From: Schmidtea polychroa
Lineage: Eukaryota
NCBI GenBank assembly: GCA_044892525.1
Contig: CM097885.1
Location: 48,982,001-49,046,000 of the forward strand
Direction of reading: 5' to 3'
Length of the DNA: 64,000 nt
This document shows positions 57,070-64,000 of the stretch, in pieces. Within the stretch, counting starts at the first letter, position 1, and each line of letters starts with the position of its first letter. The translations under genes were made by a program, and so were the position numbers. The notes below the pieces were generated by a model that saw nothing but the letters and a program-made list of their open reading frames with translations, was not told the DNA's origin and did no database searches.

Positions 57070-60000
57070 ATGTCATTGAAATTATATTATGACTTCATGT
57101 CGCAACCGGCAAGAGCGTGTTACATAATGTTGAAGTATGGTGATATTCCTTTTGATGGGCATTTTATTGATTTAAAAAAAGGTTTGTTATTTGAATAGTT
57201 CAATGTTTGTATATTTGTGATTTATTTAAGGTCAACATTTAACTGAAGACTATCGAAAAATTAATTATTTTCAAAAAGTGCCTGCTATTGACGATAATAA
57301 TTTTAAATTATCTGAGAGGTTTCTTAAATATTTTCTCATTTAAATATTTGTCATTTTTAAAGTATAGCGATTATGAAATATGCCATTTCAACTTATAAAC
57401 CCGACAGCACCTTAATTCCTAGAGATAGGCATCTTCAAGCAAAAGTTGATGAATTCCTTCATTGGTATCACTTGAATTTACGTCTAAATTGTGGAATGTA
57501 TTTTCGAACTATGGTATTCGATTATACTATTGTAAATATTTAATTGAAATGGTTGAAGAGTTATTTATTTAATTTCATGATGATATTAGTTTTAAATATT
57601 AAACTTCTACATAAATTATCCAGTAAATAAAAGAAAAGATATTCGGGACAGTATTTTATGATGGAATTATTACATAATATATGTGTCTAGGATATACTGA
57701 CTTTCAAATGTACAAAGAATTATTGAAAACTCGAATAAATGTACTCTGGATTAAATGAGTATTCAAATATTAATTTCAATAAAATAATAGTCGGCTATAT
57801 GGAGTAAGTAGTTTTTTACTCATTTTTCCGTAATAAATTTTAAATTTCGTTCTATTATTTTTTCGTTTTGAATTTTACTTTTTTCCAATCTTTCAATTAG
57901 TTAATTGTCTGTTTTAATTGACGTTTCTATATTTTCATATTCTTTTGATTTTTGCTAACTATTTTATTTTTTGCATTTTTCTTAGCGTGATTTTTAGTTT
58001 TTCAAGTTTCATGATTTTTCCGTTTCATTTAAACAACCAGGTTATTTCTTAGTTGTTGCCCAGCATTAATAATTTTATTTTAGATAATTTTTAGGGGAAA
58101 AGGGCGAAATTTTTGAGTTTCCGTGAAAATTAGAAGATATTGTATGATTTCAAATTTCCTTAGCATTTTAGAAATTTCTGTCAATACCCTTCCATTTCGC
58201 GAAGATGAAAAGATGATATAAAATGTATAAGTTATAATCAATTTTTTATTTCCATAAGATTTCAGATATTGCTGGACCTTCTACAATGCTTAATATCGCA
58301 ATAAGAAATAATAAATTGTAGATTTTTGAAAATTTTAATTTAACAGAATTTTGGAAATTGATAATAGAAAAGATTATTTTGTACATGTGGATTTTTCTTG
58401 AAATATTCAAAAAAATATATGTCAATGGAGATTTTGTTTTTTAATTGATGTAATTTACTTTAAATTAAAATATTTCCAGAAATAACATTAATAATTTTCT
58501 GAAATGTAGAAAAATTAATAATAAAGTGACTAAAATCGAGTAATTTATGAAAATTAATTATTTATCGTGTTGGTTTATACAACAATCTGTATTATAGTGT
58601 GTCTCAGTGGAACTTGGTGTGCTAATTTGTGTCCCGCTGTGAAAGTAGTGTGTAATTAATTCTTCCAATTTTCTTAATTTACACTGCGTTGCATTTGATA
58701 AAAATAGTTCATAATATAAAAAATAATCAATAAATTTATTATAAGATACATACAAACTCAACTGTGAGCTAAAAATAAATTTATCAGTTACATCTGTCAA
58801 TTTATTATAGGATTCCAGAACAGGTAGAAAACTTAAAGAAGCATACAGACACGGTGATTGCAATTTCAATAATTAATCAAACGTGCAAACAATAGTTAAA
58901 GTACTCCATTTATAAAAGATACATCCGTTTATTGTTAAAAAATAATTTACAAAATCTTTGATAAAATAGTAAATAGCGATTGGGCTACCAAATTTTTAGA
59001 TTTATTTAATATAAATTTAAAAATTAAAAATAACTTAGATTTTCTTGAAATAATTTTACCATTAAAATACCCATAAATAATTTAAAATGTGAAATGTTCA
59101 TAATTTCTTTTAAAATAATAATTTTCTGGCAGTTATAATTCCTTTTTTTGTAAATCCTGCCAACATACGGAATAAAATTTTTGTCAAATGCAACATGATG
59201 TACAGCTTTTATCTTTTAATTCATTTCCTCCCGGTTATTATTTCCTCCCGATGTTATCGTTATTCATCAATCACTTGCTATTTTCCATTTTCTTTTCTAA
59301 TCTTTCTAAATTTTTCTTGTTATTTGTTTTTTGAGATGATTGATTTTTTGAATGTTTTATTTTACACTTAGCTAAATTGGTAGTTGTGACTTGTTGTTTT
59401 ACTTGATGTGTTTTCATATTGTTTTATTCAATTTGTGTTTTGGCGCATTAAAAGAATCTCAGAATTTTCCAATTCTAGTCCATCAATCATTTATAAAATT
59501 AAGTTTGGTTACATAAAATGTGTAAGAAATCTTTAAAGAGGAGACAGTAAAAGATTTGTTAAATTGTGTAATGTAATATTTCATTTAATAATCACATTTA
59601 TTTATTTGAATTATTGTTTTATAAATCATTTCGCTATCGACAAATTATTTGAAAGTTTATATTGTTTTATAATATTGTTTTTGATAATTAAATATTGCTT
59701 AAATATCTTAATTTGTTCACATAATTTTAGATTCTTAATCCCATGCTCACTGGTAAAGTGCCGAGTAAGAAGAGAGGTGAATATTATTTGAAATCAATGA
59801 AAATTAATTTAAGAGCCCTTAACGATTTCTTTTTGCCTGTTCCAAATAAATTCCTTGTGGGATCTGGAAATATTACCATAGCTGACATCATTGCAACTTG
59901 CGAACTAAGCCAAATCGACTTTCTTGTGTTTGAATTGACTGATTTGTTATCTAAGGAAAACTGGAATTGCCCAAATGTCCTTGCTTGGTATAATTTAGTT

Positions 60001-60096
60001 AAAGATGGAACACAGCCCCATTATCAATTTTGCCATAAAATTTTACCTCTATTTAAACAAAAATTAGATAAAACTAGTTTAAGTTCGAAATTGTAA
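57070..60096 (+). CDS. GSTT: Glutathione S-transferase, theta class (exons 57070-57181, 57231-57318, 57363-57513, 59731-60096)
   Basis: LYYDFMSQPARA, INYFQKVPAIDD.NF.LSESIAIMKY, AKVDEFLHWYHLNLR, FLVG..ITIADI.A.CELSQ; phase-consistent GT-AG introns (49 nt, 44 nt, 2.2 kb). Confidence 0.92.
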
Positions 60097-62066
60097 ATCT
60101 TTAAATTATTTTTATATACAATTTCTTTTATTTGTTTTATGTTTAAATGTGGGTGCTGAGTCGTTTAAAAATCTCTTGATTCTTGCTAAAACTTTTCATT
60201 TTAATGTTTCCTGTATTTGTTATAGCTACTGTTGCCATTTTTTAGGAAAATAATAGGGCATATAGAAGAAAATAAAAAATACATAAATTTATAACATTTA
60301 TTACAAAAAATAGTAGTAAAAAAGGACGTATGGTAACCGTAGTTATAGCAGAAGCATTCTATCTTTTAAGCTCGTAAAATAATAATAATTGTTGTAACTA
60401 TCTTGAATTCTTATGAGTATCTTAAGTACTCATCAGTACTTCATTAGAACAACCGCATTTGATTTTTTTACTTGTCCTGGGCAACCAATAGGAATAGATA
60501 GATAGATGTTCTCTTTTACACGAGCAATTGTCATCGAAGAAATGAGTGTTACTCAATGATGTTTGCTTTTGTGGAAGTACTTAAAGTCTTGTTTATATCG
60601 GTAGGTCTTTCATTACATTTCCAGAATACTGAATCCCTTCAGCAACTCAAGAACTCATTTTCAATAATCTAAACGTTTTACAAAATTTATCCTATTTCTG
60701 TTTCATTGCGGAGTTCTATTATCTTTCTTTTCATATTCCTCAATCGTGTGTTAATTTTATCAGAGTTTAATGAGTTTAAAAGAACTTTATATTTCTCATG
60801 ATTTTGTTATTATCATTGAATCTTGATCTAAATACTGAAATGTCTGACTGTTTTGCGTTGTATTGCATATTTGAATATGCACATAATATGAACATAAAAA
60901 TATATAAATTCTATCGGCAATAACTACATCAGAGTAATAGCTTAGAAGCAAAATATAATTTACAAAATGCCAGCTATCAAAATTGGAAGAGCTAGAACAC
61001 AGGATTTGTGGACAAAATCAGTTCAAGACGCCGGTAAAAGCTACAGGGATAAATGTAGAAGTTGGCATACTTTAAAACGAAAAAAAGATAATCTCAAGTA
61101 TCAAAATTTAACAATTATAGTGGGAAAAGACTGTTTTTAACAAATATGGTATAGTACATCAAAAGATGAATATCACAATAGACCCATTAAAGAAAAATCA
61201 TTGTAGTTTTCGACATAGGAAGAAAATTGAGAACAGTAAACATGTCAATGCAGAAAGTCTTTGGAGCAAGAGATCTCATCGCAAAATGACGGTGCAGGCA
61301 AACTGTACCAAACGTACTCCCAAACAATTTTAAAATATCGAATTTAGTACACGTAGCTATCAAAATATTCCGAGAATTGAATAGGTATCGAGATATTAGA
61401 ACTTTGTTATACTATTACCATATGGCGTCTGTAATACATGGACCTTCCATTTCTGCGGTGCACTATAATTCAATGTTTTCAGGCGACAATCTTAGAAATG
61501 AATTTTTTGGTGTCAACGATGACAAAATATATTTTTTAAAAAAGAATAAGTTACAAATTTTATAATTAAATTTTTTGCTAAATATTTTTTGTCAAATATT
61601 TTTATAAAAATGCGATAAAGAAATAAAATGCTATCCAAAAAGGAAATATGTTATGATTTTGAGCTTGTTTTCCAGAACCAATTAATTTGATTTGGACCTC
61701 AAATTAATTAGACTCACACGTAATACTTTGTTGATTTTCTGCAATTTTTCAAGTTTTTTAATTTCACTTATGTAAGTTACGAAAATCTTAGTTCATATAG
61801 ATATGAAGAACCAAATTATAACAAAGTTTAATTTTCTTAGTACTTAATTTAGGTTAATGATTTTTGTAAAGACAACCAGATGGTGCCAATTCATTTTCAC
61901 TGTAAAATGTTTCAGTACCTATAATGTTTAAATAGATTAATTAAAAGGAAATAAAAGAATTAGTTAGTAATTAAAAATACAGTAAATTTTAATAATTTTA
62001 TAATAAGAACTTTTATTTCTTCCAATTTCACCACTGATTATATTTTTCATTGAATTTAATTAAAAG

Positions 62067-62140
62067 AGAGTTTGAAGACTATAAATCAGTAATATATCGA
62101 TGTTTGTTGATATATTACTGATTTATAGTCTTCAAACTCT
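62067..62140. repeat. Perfect 32-bp inverted repeat with 10-nt loop
   Basis: AGAGTTTGAAGACTATAAATCAGTAATATATC (62067-62098) and its exact reverse complement (62109-62140). Confidence 0.85.
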
Positions 62141-63640
62141 TTTCTTAATAAATTTAATAATTTTGTATACATTAATTTTTAACAATTGCCATCCACAAAA
62201 TTGTGCAAACTTGGAATGTTTAAATTTTTTCATTGTGTCTGTCGTGACGGTGTTATGTAGTTTTAGATAATGGTATATGACATATACTATATGTGATGTG
62301 ATGGAAACTTAAATGGATCTTATCCATTTGTTTATTTTTTAAAGTAAATTATTAAATTATATAGTTCAGATTAAAAGGAAAACTGAAATTGAATGGCGGT
62401 CAAGCAGAGAAGCAATGGCAAAGAAAGATATGATAAAAACAGAACTATGAAAGGGTACAATCAGACATGAAATGGAAAAATGTGCAAACCTGAGGAAGTG
62501 CAAAAAAGTGAAAAGTTATCGAAATTGAAGCTGGAAAACGGGAGAGGGGTAGATAAAGGGATGGTGAAGAAGACAGTGAGCAAAAAATTGTTAGAAAATG
62601 TTTAGAAAGGGTCGTAAAACAGACAAATGTGAAAAAACGTAAAATATTAATTAATTAATAAATTGGCTAATGTGAAACCCGAGCTAATGGAGAACCCGAG
62701 CACGACAATTTGGAAGGGTAAACAAACGAGGAATTCAGAGGGCAATTATCCAAACAACCGGATAAACGAGGGTAAACAAAAGAAGGAGAATTACGAAGAG
62801 AGTCAACAGGAATAGCTAATTAGGGAATGATAACCAAAGAAGTCAAAACCAATTAGGTCAAAAATGAGACAATGACAACGATTATGGGAGTATATAAGGA
62901 AACTCAAAATTCATATAATTGGCGATCGCCTTAGGTAGGGAAGAAGAAACTGACAGTAGGAGTTAGAGGAAAAAATTAAAAGAAGAAGAGGATTATAAGG
63001 AAAACTGAAGAGTTAGACAAGGAGTGTTAAAAGAGATTGGATCAGAGAGCGGAACCGAATCGAAAGATGAACTTATTTTTTAATCGTACAAGGTTAAGAC
63101 CTTCCTTAGCGGAGTCCGAACAGAAATTGTGTGAAAATTGTGGCTAACCAACAGTGTAATTAATTGTTGAGAGTTGTAAATTTTTATAAAACAAATATAC
63201 GTTGAGAGTTTTTGTTTATTGATTTTGGAACACGTGGAGTCAGAGTAACCAACGGTTGAATTTGATATCATAAAACCCAACACATTTAACATTCCAATAA
63301 AACATATTAAAGAAATGTTTATTGAATAATTTAATTTGAATTTAAAAATATTTTTAAAAATTTATTTTTAGTTTATTGTTTCCACTATAGAGCAATGTTT
63401 TCTTTTTTACACAAATTGTTGATTTTTAATTAATTTTTTAATTAATATATAATAATTTTTAGTTATCTAAAATTTTGGATGATAAAATAAATTTTTAATT
63501 AACTTGTTAAGTTAATATGTGATACTAGCATCATCGAAATAACTTTCATCGTATATATCTTAAATTAATCATTGTAAATTTTCAATGCATAAGGTTTGTT
63601 TTAATATACAATTTTTGTTTAAACTTTCAGTATTTTTAAA

Positions 63641-64000
63641 ATGGAAAGTGTTGTTAAAATTAATATTCATCCAGTGGCTTTATTTTCAATAACTGATGCA
63701 TTTGAAAGAAGGTCTGACGTAAATTCTCGTGTCATTGGTACTCTTTTGGGATATACCGACAGTAGAGACATTCATGTCACAAATTCATTTGCTGTTCCAC
63801 ATACTGAAAATGATACAGAAGTTTTCATGTCAATTGAATTTAATCAAACCATGATTGGTTTGAATGGGAAAGTATTTTTATAATTTTTATTTAACATACT
63901 AATAATATTTTAGGTTAATCCCAGCGAAAAAATTGTTGGTTGGTATTCTACTGGATCAGAAATAACTCCGCATTCTAAATTAGTTCACGAAGATTATTAC
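63641..64000 (+). CDS. EIF3F: Translation initiation factor 3 subunit F (MPN domain), 5' part; exons 63641-63871, 63914->64000
   Basis: IHPVALFSI.D.FERR....RVIGTLLG....VTNSFAVPH.E, then a 42-nt intron, then VNPSEKIVGWYSTG.EIT.HS.LVHE.Y. Confidence 0.92.

Overview
AT-rich eukaryotic (probably invertebrate) genomic DNA with very short host introns (mostly ~40-55 nt). The main feature is an apparently intact 16.35-kb Maverick/Polinton at 14624-30974, with AGTAGT..ACTACT ends, a 6-bp TSD (TCAAAA) and 1.4-1.7-kb modular TIRs. It encodes a packaging ATPase, integrase with chromodomain, minor and major capsid proteins, adenain-type protease, two core-like proteins and a protein-primed PolB. Unusually, it also encodes a TATA-binding-protein homolog and carries host-sized spliceosomal introns. 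These are predicted in the integrase, the protease, a small acidic gene and a 4-exon SIM/LxxLL leader that can be spliced in frame onto PolB. Its TIRs hold arrays of TCAAGGTCA (NR5A/ERR-type) and TGACTCA (AP-1-type) motifs. The element lies in an intron of a 14-exon host coiled-coil gene. A related 7-kb non-autonomous Maverick (47709-54698, TSD AATAGA) lies downstream. The window also contains a near-intact hAT/Buster transposon, several MITEs, Penelope and Gypsy relics, a TPR pseudogene fragment, a theta-class GST gene and the 5' part of eIF3f. All splice models are inferred from GT-AG sites and phase consistency, not from RNA data.
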